Shown: positions 50,412 through 63,223 of the stretch, piece after piece | How the letters are laid out: each line of letters begins with the position of its first letter | How positions within the stretch are numbered: position 1 is the stretch's first letter | Assembly (NCBI GenBank): GCA_951406725.2 | Contig: OX597823.1 | Coordinates: 100,254,001 to 100,318,000 of the forward strand | Source of the DNA: Octopus vulgaris | Lineage: Eukaryota | DNA: 64,000 nt | Reading direction: 5' to 3' | The notes under the pieces: generated by a model | What the model saw: only the letters and a program-made list of their open reading frames with translations | What the model was told of the DNA's origin: nothing | Database searches by the model: none | Position numbers and translations under genes: made by a program

Positions 50412-50557
50412 TGTATATATACATATAGATGTAGGTACGTACATATATGTATGTATGTATGCATATATTTTATTTATTAAATTGTTATTATATGACAGAG
50501 CGCCCTCGCATCGTTTCGTTTCTTTCCTCCAAGTAAGATTTCATATATATATATATA

Positions 50558-51791
50558 CTAGCTTAAGGTGACCCGCTCTACACGCGGGTAAGAGTGTAGT
50601 TGTTACTTTCTGTTTCTTCCTTTCGGCACGTAAAAAGAACCATCCGAACGTGGCCGATAGCAGCACCGCCTTGACTGGCTTCTGTGCCAGTGGCACGTAA
50701 AAAGCACCAACCGATCGTGGCCGCTGCCAGCCCCCCTGGCACCAGTGCCGGCGGCACGAAAACAGCACCCACTACACTCACGGAGTGGTTGGCATTAGGA
50801 AGGGCATCCAGCTGTAGAAAAACTGCCAGATCAGACTGGAGCCTGGTACAGCTTCCTGGCTTCCCTGACCCCAGTCAAACTGTCCAACACGTGCTAGCAC
50901 GAAAAACGAACGTTAAACGATGATGATGATGATGATGATGATGATTCTCCCTCTTTGTTTCTCTCTCCTTTCTCTCTCACTTTCCCACTCTCTTACTCTT
51001 CCTTTCTCTCGGACTCTCCCTCGCTTTCTCTTACTCTCTATCTTTATCTATCTCTCTCCCATTTATAAACAACAAAAGATCTTGAGTAAGTTGAGAAATA
51101 AAATATTTTGAAAGATCAATCATAAATATCAGGCAGTCACAACGGAAAGGTCTGCTTCAAGGCAGACAGCAAAACACTAACATTTAAAAGGGACAGACGA
51201 ACTTGCGAGCTGGATAAAAATTTTTAAAATATTGGAAACCAAAGTTTGAAGGGATAGAATCTGAGGATAGTAGAGTCACCATGGCTGGCATTTTTTAACG
51301 ACGGACAGCAACGTAGTGGCAGTTTAACGGCTGGTGTAAAATTTTGAACTTGATGTAAAAGAAAATTCCTAAACACCAAGCTTTGAGGTAATTCTTTCTC
51401 ACGACAGTAGACTCACCATGGCAAGCATTCAAAACTTCTTCATCGTGGACGGCAACACATTGACGATTTAAAGGCTGGCGCAAATTTTTTAGCTTGATGT
51501 AACAGAGAATTCCTAAACACCCGCTCCTGTAAATTTTAATCCCCTTTCAGCCACATTTAGACCTCTTTTCACATTTCGGTTAATATAACCCGATTTCATT
51601 CGGGTCTACTCGGGCCACATTTTAAAAGATGAGGAATTTTGTCCTAGAGGTCACGCCTTTCATTTGAGGAAACAAATAGTTGCCATGCAAACTCGCCAGC
51701 ACTTTTAAAATAGGTGTGTATATTTTCAGCACAACCGACCACATAATGCACATATTATATATATATATATATATATATACATACATATGTG

Positions 51792-51863
<72 letters not shown>

Positions 51864-52680
51864 AATTAAATTAGAGATAGGCAAATCAAACAGTGAAAAG
51901 CATAAACCAAAACATAAAAATAAAAATATAATATACAAAATATAGAAAATAGAAAATTTTAAAATTTAGATCATTTAAATTTAAAATTAAAATTATTAAT
52001 TTATATTTATAATTATTTTTTAAATATATATAACTATCAAAAAGTATTAAAAAGTTTAATATACATAAATACAGATATATACACTTTGTATATATACATT
52101 ATATATACATATTTATATGTAGAACACACACACATATATAAATTAACCCAATAAATATCTGATTCATAATATTTGTTCTCATGATTGTGTGGTGGTGGTG
52201 GTGGTGGTGGTGGTGGTGGTGGTTGTGGCGATGATAATTCTCCCTATGAATGCAGACAGACGTAGAGAGAGAGAGAGAGTGTGTGTGTAAAAGCGCTGTC
52301 GAAGGCGGGGAGGGGGGAGATATAAGACGTTGTGAAACGACGTTATAAAGAGAAAGTGAAGGGAAGGGACGTAGACGCTGTGAAACGACGTTTTAGATAG
52401 GATGTGAAAGGAAGGGAGGAAAGAGAGTGAATGATGGAGGAAGACAGATACATAAAAGAATGAGAGTAGACTTGTCAAAGTGCGTTTTTGACCCTAGCAA
52501 CGACACCTTTTAAGATGGGGATTTCTAACCTAGCCCACTCGCATCCTCACCTCATTTTACATGTCAATGTAAATTTTGGAGTCAATCCGACGGAATCTAG
52601 TGGCCTTTAACCCGTTCTCAATGCCAAAACCAGACAAACAAACAAACTTTTCGCATTTCAGAATTATAATATAGAATATA
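50558..52680 (-). mobile_element. Helitron-derived region interrupted by a SINE (50620-50945) and microsatellites
   Basis: Minus-strand end acccgcgtgtagagcgggtcaccttaagCTAG is the same family as 12801-12832. The far boundary is uncertain. Confidence 0.55.
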
Positions 52681-52766
52681 GATATATATATATACCGGAG
52701 TAAACACATAAATGTGAAACAAGGTGGAAAAAAAGAGTACTCAAATACTAGTGGTAGAGTAATATG

Positions 52767-52862
52767 CTTTATTTAAAGCAGCAGAAAATTCTACAAAACC
52801 TGTTACTCTGAGTTTCACGAAACTCAGAGTAGCAGTAGAATTTTCTGCTGCTTTAAATAAAG
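52767..52862. repeat. Hairpin with ~44-bp arms and one bulge
   Basis: ctttatttaaagcagcagaaaattctac..tgttactctgagtttc-ac-gaaactcagagtagca-gtagaattttctgctgctttaaataaag. Confidence 0.88.
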
Positions 52863-52907
52863 TATATATATATACATCTCGCTCAGAGATTTATTATTGC
52901 TTATATA

Positions 52908-52957
<50 letters not shown>

Positions 52958-53001
52958 TATGTATATATGTATATGTGTGAGTATGTGTGTGTATATATAT
53001 G

Positions 53002-53032
<31 letters not shown>

Positions 53033-53293
53033 GTATATATATATGTATATGTGTGTGTTTATGTATATATATGTATATGTGTGTGTATGTATGTATGTAT
53101 GTATGTATGTATATGTGTGCGTATGTGTGAGCGTGTGTGAACATGTACACACACGCACACATATATATATATATGTATATATATATATATGTTTATCGAG
53201 TTTTACATGGGTGTGGTTATGTGTGTGTACAGATACCCGTACATATCATTGGTTGTATGAAACAGGTTTATATATGTGCGCGTGGGTAAGTAT

Positions 53294-53329
<36 letters not shown>

Positions 53330-54321
53330 TAGATATACTTAAAGCATGTAGTGACAGATTGCTATAAACTGACCACTCACTACAACAATATCAAATTTCA
53401 TTCCCCCTCCTCCGATAATCAGAAGTAATATATGACACTTAGCGCATCAAAAACCAAAATCTCAAATATTGTAACATCTTATCTCTCTATCTTAATTCTT
53501 TTGTCTTTACGATCACTTTATATCTTTTATTTTTATTTATTTGTGTATATTTTACATTTTTACAATACATTTCTATTATTTACGGTTTTATACCTTACGT
53601 TTTTTATATTTTTTATATATTTTTATATATTTTCTATATTTTTTTATATTTTTATATCTTTTATATTTTATTATATTTTATTGTATTATATTCATTTATA
53701 TTATATTCATTTATATTTATATTTTTTACTTAGGATCCCAACATTATTACCTTTTTCTCCATTTTTTCCTCCTCTTCCCCTTCTTTTTCTTCCCACTTTT
53801 CTCTCTTTCTTTCCTCTCCATACTCTCCCTATTTCTTTTTTTCTATTTTTTCTATTTCTTCTTTTCTCCACCTTTACTTCTCCTTATTTCCTTCCCTTAC
53901 AAGAGGAATGAACCCACTCTAATCTACTCAACATTCACTCTATGTTGACTGATGATGGATTTTTGAAGTCCAATGATACCCTACATACCTATTTGATTAT
54001 GAAGATTTAGAACCTTACTTTCTCAGTGAAACTCAATATACCCACCATTATAGACAATACAAAATGTACATTTTCGGTTTTTTTCATAATGTGATGGAAG
54101 TCTTTGGTATAGAAATTGCATGCGGCTGAAGAGAGTTTTAAACCATCTGTTATGTCGATTATACATTGATGTAAGAATAGGTTGTTGTATAAAGCTTGAA
54201 ACACGTGTACCGCGACATCCTTTGTGTTCTGTTTTTTTATTTCATTTGATGCATATACCCTCTCACCTCTGCTACTAGCTGGCATATACAGGTGCTTACA
54301 CTTATCAAGTATTCACCCTGA

Positions 54322-54359
<38 letters not shown>

Positions 54360-54416
54360 GAAATATTAAAATTACTAAGTCTCTCTAAAAGAGAACAACG
54401 GCAGCGTTCCCGGAAA

Positions 54417-54803
54417 ATATTAGTTATCGCCATACTAATATGGCATTCTTATAAAAGTAAGAATAAAGCTGACCGCTTATTAGCTCCATGAGGCCATCGC
54501 CTTAAGTTAGCTATTTGATACACAAACTGTATCCATATAAATAAAACCTTTGAACAGAGATTGTCAGAAGCGACACCTACTGGTTTGGCTACGCTGCATT
54601 GAAAAGGGGCAATACCCCGAAACGCGTCTGTAGCTGCCAGCCAAGTAGTGTGGAGCGACTGACCTCCCTTGTTCAAAGGCTATATGGATACAGTTTGTGT
54701 ATCAAATAGCTAACTTAAGGCGATGGCCTCATGGAGCTAATAAGCGGTCAGCTTTATTCTTATTTTTATAAGAATGCCATATTAGTATGGCGATAACTAA
54801 TAT
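54417..54803. mobile_element. Foldback element with ~123-bp inverted arms and a central degenerate hammerhead
   Basis: Arms at 54417-54539 and 54681-54803; hammerhead at 54593-54634. Confidence 0.85.
54593..54634 (+). ncRNA. Minimal type I hammerhead-like motif with a degenerate core
   Basis: gctgca TTGAAAA gggg-caata-cccc GAAA cgcg TC tgtagc; two transitions from CTGAAGA. Confidence 0.65.
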
Positions 54804-55521
54804 ATATATATATAGGTGGTGGGTTGTTGTTCTATCCATATGCTATATGTGTGGTTGTGTGTATGTGTGTGTAGGTAAGTAGGTTGGAAGAAAGGACAGT
54901 ACGTAAAGTAAACATACACTCATAAAGCTCATAAATGGACTAATGCGGAATTTAAGGGGCAATAAAAACTAAATGAGAAATTGGACGCCCATTGTCATAA
55001 TCAAAAGCTTCTCTGTGACAGTTTAGTAGTTTTATTATTGCTATTAATAAGGCAGCGGCGAACTGGCCGAATCATTAGCGGCATTTCGTCTGTCTCTGCG
55101 TCCTGCAGAGGGCGACTTTCCCTTTCGGTATTGGCAAAATAAGTACCAGTTAAATATTGGGGTCGATGTAATTGACTTCTACCTCCCCCGATATTGCTGG
55201 CCTTCTGCCAAAATTTGAAAACAATATTTAAAGGCACCAAGGATCATTGGCACGCGAGACAAAACGCTTTGTGGCGTTTCACGAGTCTTTACGTTTTGAG
55301 TTCAAATTCCTCCGAGGTCGACTTTGCCTCCATTCGTTTCGGGGTCGATGAAACAAATACCAGATGAGTACTGCAAGTCAATGCAATCGACTTACCCCAG
55401 CCCCAAACATTTCAGGTCTTGAGCCTTTAGTAGAAAGGATGATTATCATATTTTTTATTCTTTTTATTTGTTTCAGTAATTTGACTGCGGCTATGCTGGA
55501 ACACTGCCTATTATTATTATT

Positions 55522-55583
<62 letters not shown>

Positions 55584-55601
55584 TATTATTATTATTATTA
55601 T

Positions 55602-56745
55602 TGAGTGAGAGAGCAATTCATGCCATCAAAGTGAGACTGGGGCAAAATATACGAAGCCCAATATACCCATCATGAATACCCGTCTGATAAGGGTACACCA
55701 GGCACATGCATCACAACCATATGTGCGCAACATGCTGATCTCATATCAAGACAAACAGCACATGACCTTGCAGGTGGGGCCCAGTTAGAATTTTCTTCAG
55801 GTTGAGTAGCCCATCCCGCTCAAAAGGTCCCTGAATAAGGGTTGTTTAAGGATGTTGAAAGAACCACCCATGTTTCCAGAGGTGAATTATCCAAACCCCA
55901 AAGAATCCCTCTCAACACATGGCTATGATGCTCCCCCACTACTTCAGCTCGTGATCAGAGATGCACATATCGTCAGCCACTAAGGGACATACTCAACTGG
56001 TTAAGGTCAAACAACTGAGTGTGGTATTGAGCAGAATATTTGCTGTAGCCCATCTTTTATACCAAGACAAAACAATGTACATGATTACACTTCCAATCAG
56101 TACTGTTATTATTATTATTATTATTATTATTGAGTGAGAGAGCAGTTCATGCCATCAAAGTGACACTGGGGTAAAATATACGAAGCCCAATATACCCATC
56201 ATGACTACCCGTCTGATAAGGGTACACCAGGCACATGCATCACAACCATGTGTGCAACATGGTGATCTCATATCAAGATAAACAGCACATGACCTTGCAG
56301 GTGGAGCCCAGTTAGAATTTTCTTCAGGTTGAGTAGCCCATCCCGCTCAAACGGTCCCTGAATAAGGGTTGTTTAAGGATGTTGAAAAAACCACCCATGT
56401 TTCCAGAGGTGAATCATTCAAACCCCAAAGAATCCCTCTCAACACATGGCTATGATGCTCCCCCACTACTTCTGCTCGTGATCAGAGATGCACATATCGT
56501 CAGCCACTAAGGGACATGCTCAACTGGTTAAGGTCAAACAACTGACAAGCAAATCTGTGGTATTGAGCAGAATATTTGCTGTAGCCCATCTTTTATACCA
56601 AGACAAAACAATGTACATGATAACACTTCCAATCAGTTAAGATCAGAAGCCATGAGAGCCACTGCCTGGTACTGCTGAGAGCCACTGCCTGGTACTGCTG
56701 AGAGCCACTGCCTGGTACTGCTGAGAGCCACTGCCTGGTACTGCT
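55602..56745. mobile_element. Two tandem copies of a ~500-550-bp non-coding repeat flanked by (TAT)n
   Basis: 55602-56100 closely matches 56131-56635; a 23-bp unit repeats 4 times at 56654-56745. Confidence 0.88.
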
Positions 56746-56754
56746 TATTATTAC

Positions 56755-56824
<70 letters not shown>

Positions 56825-57479
56825 AGAGTGGCGAGCTTGCAGACTCATTAGCTTAGCGACATTTCGTCCGTCTGAGTTCAAATTCCGCCGAAGTCGACTT
56901 TGCCTTTCATCCTTTCGGAGTCAATAAATTAAGTACTAGTGAAACACTGGGGCTCGATGAAATCGACTGGTTCCCCCAACCACCACCTAAATTTCAGGCC
57001 TTGTACCTTTAGTAGAAAGGATTATCATTGTTATTAAGAAAGTGGTGAGCTGATAGAATCGTTAGCACGTTGGACGATTATAGAACACAGCTGTTTCGGC
57101 ATTTTGCATCTCGTGAGCCAAAAGTACCCGGACCTTTTGAACCTAAATAAACCACAGGCTTTGTTTAAAATTTCAGAGAACAACAGAAATCATCATGCAA
57201 ATAAGGACCTTTTTGTCTGTTGAAAACAATGTATGAGTATTCGGGGCTGTTTTTTCTTTTGTTTTGGAGGTTTTTGTTCCTACTGAAGGACCTACACAAA
57301 TGATTTGTTTAGAGTAAATCATCAAATCGGCATTGCCCGATAGGTGGCGAAGCGATTGCAGAACAGCGTGAGATGAAGCGTTTTACTCAAGAACACAGCG
57401 CATCACCCGGTCCAGGAACTGAAACCACGATCTCTCAATCGTGATTGCAACACCCTAACCACTAGGCCACGCCCTTCAC

Positions 57480-57481
<2 letters not shown>

Positions 57482-57544
<63 letters not shown>

Positions 57545-57790
57545 TTTCTTTATTGGCCACGCAGGGCTGAACACAGAGGGGACAAATACAAATGTAGAGC
57601 TTGTCTTTTCAAAAATGAAAAAGAGGGGAAAAATAAGAAAGTAAAATTCCGATCAAAAGGATCGGGGAGGGGGGAAACGATCAAAAGGGATCGTGTATCA
57701 CAGAAGAGTTTTGAAAATGTAAAAAGTTAGATAAGGTTTATCCGTGGAAAGAAAAGCCTACGGAAAAGACCACGGTAACCTCAGACAAGG
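57482..57790 (-). mobile_element. Tx1 3' UTR-only insertion with (GATA)n at 57482-57542
   Basis: tttattggccacgcagggctgaacacaga...aaatacaaatgtagag...cacggtaacctcagaca is homologous to 1449-1671. Confidence 0.85.
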
Positions 57791-58224
57791 AGGGAATAAA
57801 CACGAGAGCAAAGTGCTCTCTCTCTCTTTTCGATTTACAGGATCACAAATATGTTTAGAGGTATAATGCATGTATGATTTAGTTGTTTGTGGATGCAATC
57901 GTGTTGTTGCTGTTGTTGCTGCTGTCGTAGCAATTGTTGTTGTTGTTCAGTCCATGGTTATCCCCGACTGGGCAGCTCTAGCACTAGAAGTCTTTTCAGC
58001 CATGAATTTTGTACATTTAAGACTACGGAGTTCAACGTTTCCTTCCTTTTCCCTAGACGCCGACGTGTGATTTGAGGAAGATTTTGCTGCTATTTCTTGC
58101 AAGTGACCGAATAAAGGGCTTCACTGTTGACTTGAGACATTTATGTCGGTGTGTGTGTGTGTGTGTGTGTGACAACAACTGTTATCTAAAGATAACGATT
58201 CTGTCAGCACGCTGCCTTAAATAA

Positions 58225-58278
<54 letters not shown>

Positions 58279-58280
<2 letters not shown>

Positions 58281-58834
58281 GCCCTGATGCAGTACCAGGC
58301 AGTGGCTCTCATGGCTTCTGATCTTAACTGATTGGAAGTGTTATCATGTACATTGTTTTGTCTTAGTATAAAAGATGGGCTACAGCAAATATTCTGCTCA
58401 ATACCACAGATTTGCTTGTCAGTTGTTTGACCTTAACCAGTTGAGCATGTCCCTTAGTGGCTGACGATATGTGCATCTCCGATCACGAGCAGAAGTAGTG
58501 GGGGAGCATCATAGCCATGTGTTGAGAGGGATTCTTTGGGGTTTGAATAGTTCACCTCTGGAAACATGGGTGGTTCTTTCAACATCCTTAAACAACCCTT
58601 ATTCAGGGACCGTTTGAGCGGGATGGGTTACTCAACCTGAAGAAAATTCTAACTGGGCCCCATCTGCAAGGTCATGTGCTGTTTATCTTGATATGAGATC
58701 ACCATGTCGCACACATATGGTTGTGATGCATGTGCCTGGTGTACCTTTATCAGATGGGTAGTCATGATGGGTATATTAGGCTTCGTATATTTTACCCCAG
58801 TGTCACTTTGATGGCATGAACTGCTCTCTCACTC

Positions 58835-58835
<1 letters not shown>
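58279..58835. mobile_element. Third, inverted copy of the ~550-bp (TAA)n-flanked repeat
   Basis: Reverse complement of about 56131-56676; (AAT)n on both sides. Confidence 0.88.
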
Positions 58836-58869
<34 letters not shown>

Positions 58870-59369
58870 CAATAACAATAATAATAATAATAATAATAAT
58901 AATTATTCATCTACATCCACGTCGCCATGTTTGTTGCTATTAAATCTTATCTTCCTGAAAATTACTTAATATTTGTTTAATCTCAATCTTCTTTAGTCTT
59001 CATTGAAGCATTAAATGGAGTCTAGGTGACGACACGTTGTAGATGTCTTATGAAGTATGTAAGGATTACAGAGAGGGTTAAGAGAAAGTGAATGAATGAA
59101 TGAATGAGTAAAAGGGTGAGTGAGGGCATGAGTGAGGATGCGAATGATTGAGGAAAGGAGAGAGTGAGGGGAGGTATGTGTGAGTGAGTAAGGGTGTGAT
59201 TGGTTAAGAAAATACAAGAGAGGTGACATTATCTCCATCAATATTGAAATAATAAAATAATAATAAAAACAATTGACGGCGTCCCTCAGTAATTAACTTC
59301 TGGTTTGTCTATAACATGTTAAACCTTGTACATGTAATCAGTGATTCCTTACTACTTCGTCCGACACTC

Positions 59370-59783
59370 GCATCCCAAAACAGCTCTTCTACGGTGAACT
59401 CGGCCAGGGCAGGCGCAAAGTCGGAGGGCAGAAGAAGCGCTACAAGGATAGTCTCAAGGTCTCTCTCAAAGACTTCTCCATCGGAACAGAGACCTGGGAG
59501 ACACTTGCTGCCAACCGCTCATCCTGGCGCAGCGCAATCACCGTGGGAGCAGGGACAGCCGAGGAGGGACAGATTCGGTCAGCGGAGCAGAAACGTCAAA
59601 TGCGTAAAGCCAGAGCCGCCTGCACCAGTAGCACGGCCCCTACCCACTTCTGCCCCACCTGTGGGAGGGGCTTCCTTGCCCGGATTGGCCTCACCAGCCA
59701 CCTCAGGTCTCATGGCAGCAGTTCCATCAGATGATGTCAGTTGGTCATCTTCGAACCGAAGGACAAACATTATTATTATTATT
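59370..59783 (+). mobile_element. 3' end of an RTE-clade LINE with C-terminal C2H2 finger and (ATT)n tail
   Basis: QLFYGEL..GRRKVGGQKKRYKDSLK...W...A.NRSSWR and CPTCGRGFLARIGLTSHLRSH. Confidence 0.85.
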
Positions 59784-60236
59784 ACTACTTCGTCAAGAAC
59801 GGTAAGCACTATATTCTGTTGAGAAGGTCTAATGAGACTGAAACAAGTTCAGAGTTGTCTCCCCATATCTGTTGAAATTATTAAAATCATATTAGCTATT
59901 GAGCTTCTTCATGATATAAATTACTTTTTTTTTTAGCTTTTGCAATGCTCACTACTTCAAATATGTTGACACTAAAGTATTGCTTTTGTGCAACTGGAGT
60001 CTCTTGAGTATTTGATATTTTGAGAGGGGTTGTTTAAAATATATTTAGTCTTACAGTCTATCACTCTAAACAACAACAACAATAATAATAAAAGTCTGGC
60101 GCCTTCAACAATGACAACACTTGGAAAAAGAGCAACTATGAAATCTAAAAATTGAAAACTAATTTCATAGTGGTGAACAACAAAAACAACATTAACAGCA
60201 GCAAAAAAAAATTGATACTTCTACTACTACTACTAC

Positions 60237-60275
<39 letters not shown>

Positions 60276-60462
60276 GTTCAAATTTTGCCACAAAGGCAGC
60301 AACTTTAGGGGAGGGGATGAGTCGATTACATCAACTCCAGTGTTCAATTGGTTCTTATCTTATCGACCCCAAAGGATGAAAGGCAAAGTAGACCTCGGTG
60401 GAATTTGAACTCAGAAAGCATTTCGCCCGGTGTGATAACGATTCTGTCAGCACGCCGCCTTA

Positions 60463-60501
<39 letters not shown>

Positions 60502-61927
60502 CTAGTTAGTTCCCTCGTTGATACGGTGTATCAGAATGGAGTTCGGACTGAGAAAGTGTGGTGTTAGTCTTGAAGAGAAGCAAAATCAAATGTATGGACG
60601 GGCTAACGATACTGTCGGGGGAGGTTATGAAGCAGATAGAAGAGACGGGCTATAAGTACTTGTGAATAATGGAAATGGACAAATTGATGGAGAATGAGAT
60701 TGACAAAAATTTAAGGTTGCGCAGACTGAGACTGATACTTAAGTCGAAATTAAACGAAAGGAATAAGATCAAAGCTATCAACACCTGGGCGGTTTCACTC
60801 CTTCGATATGAAGCCGGGGTAATCGCATGGACAGTAGACAAACTAAACAGCTTAGACAGAAAGACAAGGAAGTTGCTAACTAAATATGGGCCACACCACC
60901 AAAAAAGTGAAGCAGATAGACTGTATGTACCAAGAAAAAGAGGGGGAAAAGGACTTATTGGATGCGAACACAGCATTGGAGCAAAAGAAGAACAAAACAA
61001 CATAGCATGGTATGTAAAAAATGCCACAGAACCGCTATTATTAGAAGTAGGAAGGTCAGGCTTGAGTAGGATGAAAGATTGCAAAGATAAAGCACTGTAC
61101 AAGAGATTGTAAACGAATGAAACTGAAAATAGGTGAGTAAAGAAAAGAATGCATGGACAATTTCATAGGGATGTTGATGACTGTGGATGACTAAAAGTGA
61201 TTTAAAACCGGAAACGGAGGCTCTAATCAGTGATGCCCAAGAGCAAGCACTAAGAACAAACTACATAAAATACAGAATAGATAACACAGCAGAAAGTGAT
61301 AAGTGCAGAATCTGTGGACAAAACGATAAAATCGTATAGCATATTACCAGCCAATGTACGCCAGAAGAAAGATAAGAGACGCCATGACAATATAATCAAG
61401 CTTGTCCATTGGACACTTTGCAACAAGTATGGACTTGACAGAGCAAAAAATGGTACGACTACAAACCTGAAGAAATGCAAAGATCCTATAGGATTTTAGG
61501 ATTCAGTGTGACCATGAGATAGAGAATAGGAAGCCGGACATAGTCTTAATTGAGAAAGAAAACAAATTATGCTGGATCATAGATATAGCATGCCTAGCTG
61601 ACAACAAGGTGTACGATAAGGAAGAAAGAAAAGTTGAGAGATATGACAGGTTGGCTTGGGAAGTTAAGCAGTTGTGGTCGATGAAAAAGGAAGCTGCAGG
61701 ACTAATAATTGTCGGAGCCCTTGGAACAGTGAGAAAATCTCAAGAAGTACGTAGAACAAATAGGGGCACAATAAGGGTGGAGCACTTGCAGAAAACAACA
61801 CTGCTTAGAACCGCTCGAATACTCCGGAAGGTGCTCGAAAAATAAGAGGTGTTACCTTAGTTCACTGGTAGTGAACAGCTGACACTGTAGTACATCTCCA
61901 GCGTTAGATGCTGTGCAAAGGCAATAA
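60502..61927 (+). mobile_element. 5'-truncated R4/Dong-like RLE non-LTR retrotransposon, preceded by (TAA)n
   Basis: LKSKLN..NKIKAINTWAV, LDRKTRKLLT, DRLYVPRKRGGKGL, CRICG, RHD, KPDIV...IIDIA and IVGALGTV. Confidence 0.88.
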
Positions 61928-61980
61928 GAAGAAGAAGAAGAAGAAGAAGAAAAAGAAGAAGAAGAAGAAGAAGAAGAAGA
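61928..61980. repeat. (GAA)n microsatellite between two tail-to-tail LINE 3' ends
   Basis: Direct reading. Confidence 0.95.
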
Positions 61981-61983
61981 AAT

Positions 61984-63000
61984 AATCTCTTTTATTTGCC
62001 ACAAGGGTGAAAGATGAGGGGGACAATACAAAACAGACATAAAGTGTGAGGGTTTACATATAAGGAAATGCTAAAATGAAAAGTATACACGATATACATT
62101 AGAAGGGTACATGACACTAGAAAAAGAGGGAAAAAAAGGATCGTAATGGGATCCTCCTTATTCAGGAGGACCTCTAGAGATAATCAAGGAACCCCACCAT
62201 CCAAGATCACCCTGAGTACCAAGAATGAGAGCCCACTCCAACTTCATAGGCCTACCTATGGTACCATCCATTCTTGCCATTTTTGTAACCTTCATCCACC
62301 TTTTGATAAATTCACTCGAGGACAGCACGTCCCTCTCCACCCTCACTTTCCTTTTCAAGTGAAACTCGAAAAAATCGATGAGGGCTTTACCAAAGAGGAA
62401 AGTTTCTGTCCTCATTCTTTTCAGCCTTGTCCACCAGATAACCTCTTTCGCCACAGCCACCAGACAAAGGAACACAGCCTTGCCAGCCCGATTAAAGGAG
62501 GACGGCAGGGCAACCATCTTTATGGATTCGGACGACAGACGGATCTGTCCTACACACGACAGATGGATCTGTTGGACATAATTCCACAAGTCAGCAATGC
62601 CCGGACACTGAACGAGTGCATGCAGAACGGTTTTGTCGCTCTGTGAGCACCTCGTATAAGCCCGTCTGACAGTCTTGACTCCAATGCAACAGTATGTGAC
62701 CGTGCATCTTGTGATATTTTCTACCATGTCAGATGGCAGGTTTAGAGCTACCCTTCTCCCATCTCTGTTTACAAATTTTCTTGCAAATTTTAATTCTCCT
62801 TCGTCTATGTGGAAGCATTCCATATTCCTCGCCGCTGACGCAAAAGACGTAGGGGCGATATTTGCATTTTTATCTTTTATTTCTTTCGAATTGTTGTTGT
62901 TGCTGCTGCTTCTGCATCTGTATGGAAAACAATTAAATTTTAGAAAAATTAAATTGTTTTCCATACTTACAGTTGAAAAAGTTTCAATCAGTCAAACCGG
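61984..63000 (-). mobile_element. Internally deleted Tx1-like element: ORF1-like start fused to the ORF2 C-terminus, plus 3' UTR
   Basis: ORF 62158-62964: SFASAA...RCTVTY resembles the ORF1 N-terminus and is followed by RCSQSDKTVLHALVQCP...FHLKRKVRVER. The 3' UTR has gtattgtccccc...gtggcaaataaa. Confidence 0.8.
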
Positions 63001-63164
63001 TACTGAAATGGTTTTTATAAAATTATTTTAGCATTTTCTACCTTGACTTTTTTTCCCATATATTTCAACTCGTGTGTTCCTTTTCAACCTTCTACACACG
63101 CACACACACACACATTTATGATTCCCTTCCTGGGACTGTCACATTAAGTTGACAGTATACAACT

Positions 63165-63223
<59 letters not shown>

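Noticed and set aside
53432-53948. Hydrophobic F/Y/I-rich ORFs suggesting membrane or mitochondrial proteins (also 47716-47983)
   Set aside because: Low-complexity T-rich sequence with no recognisable motifs
53945-54010. CTGATGA followed by a small stem
   Set aside because: No correctly placed GAAA, stem III or stem I, so not called as a hammerhead
59543-59734. C2H2 zinc-finger host gene exon
   Set aside because: It is the C-terminus of an RTE LINE ORF followed by its 3' UTR and tail
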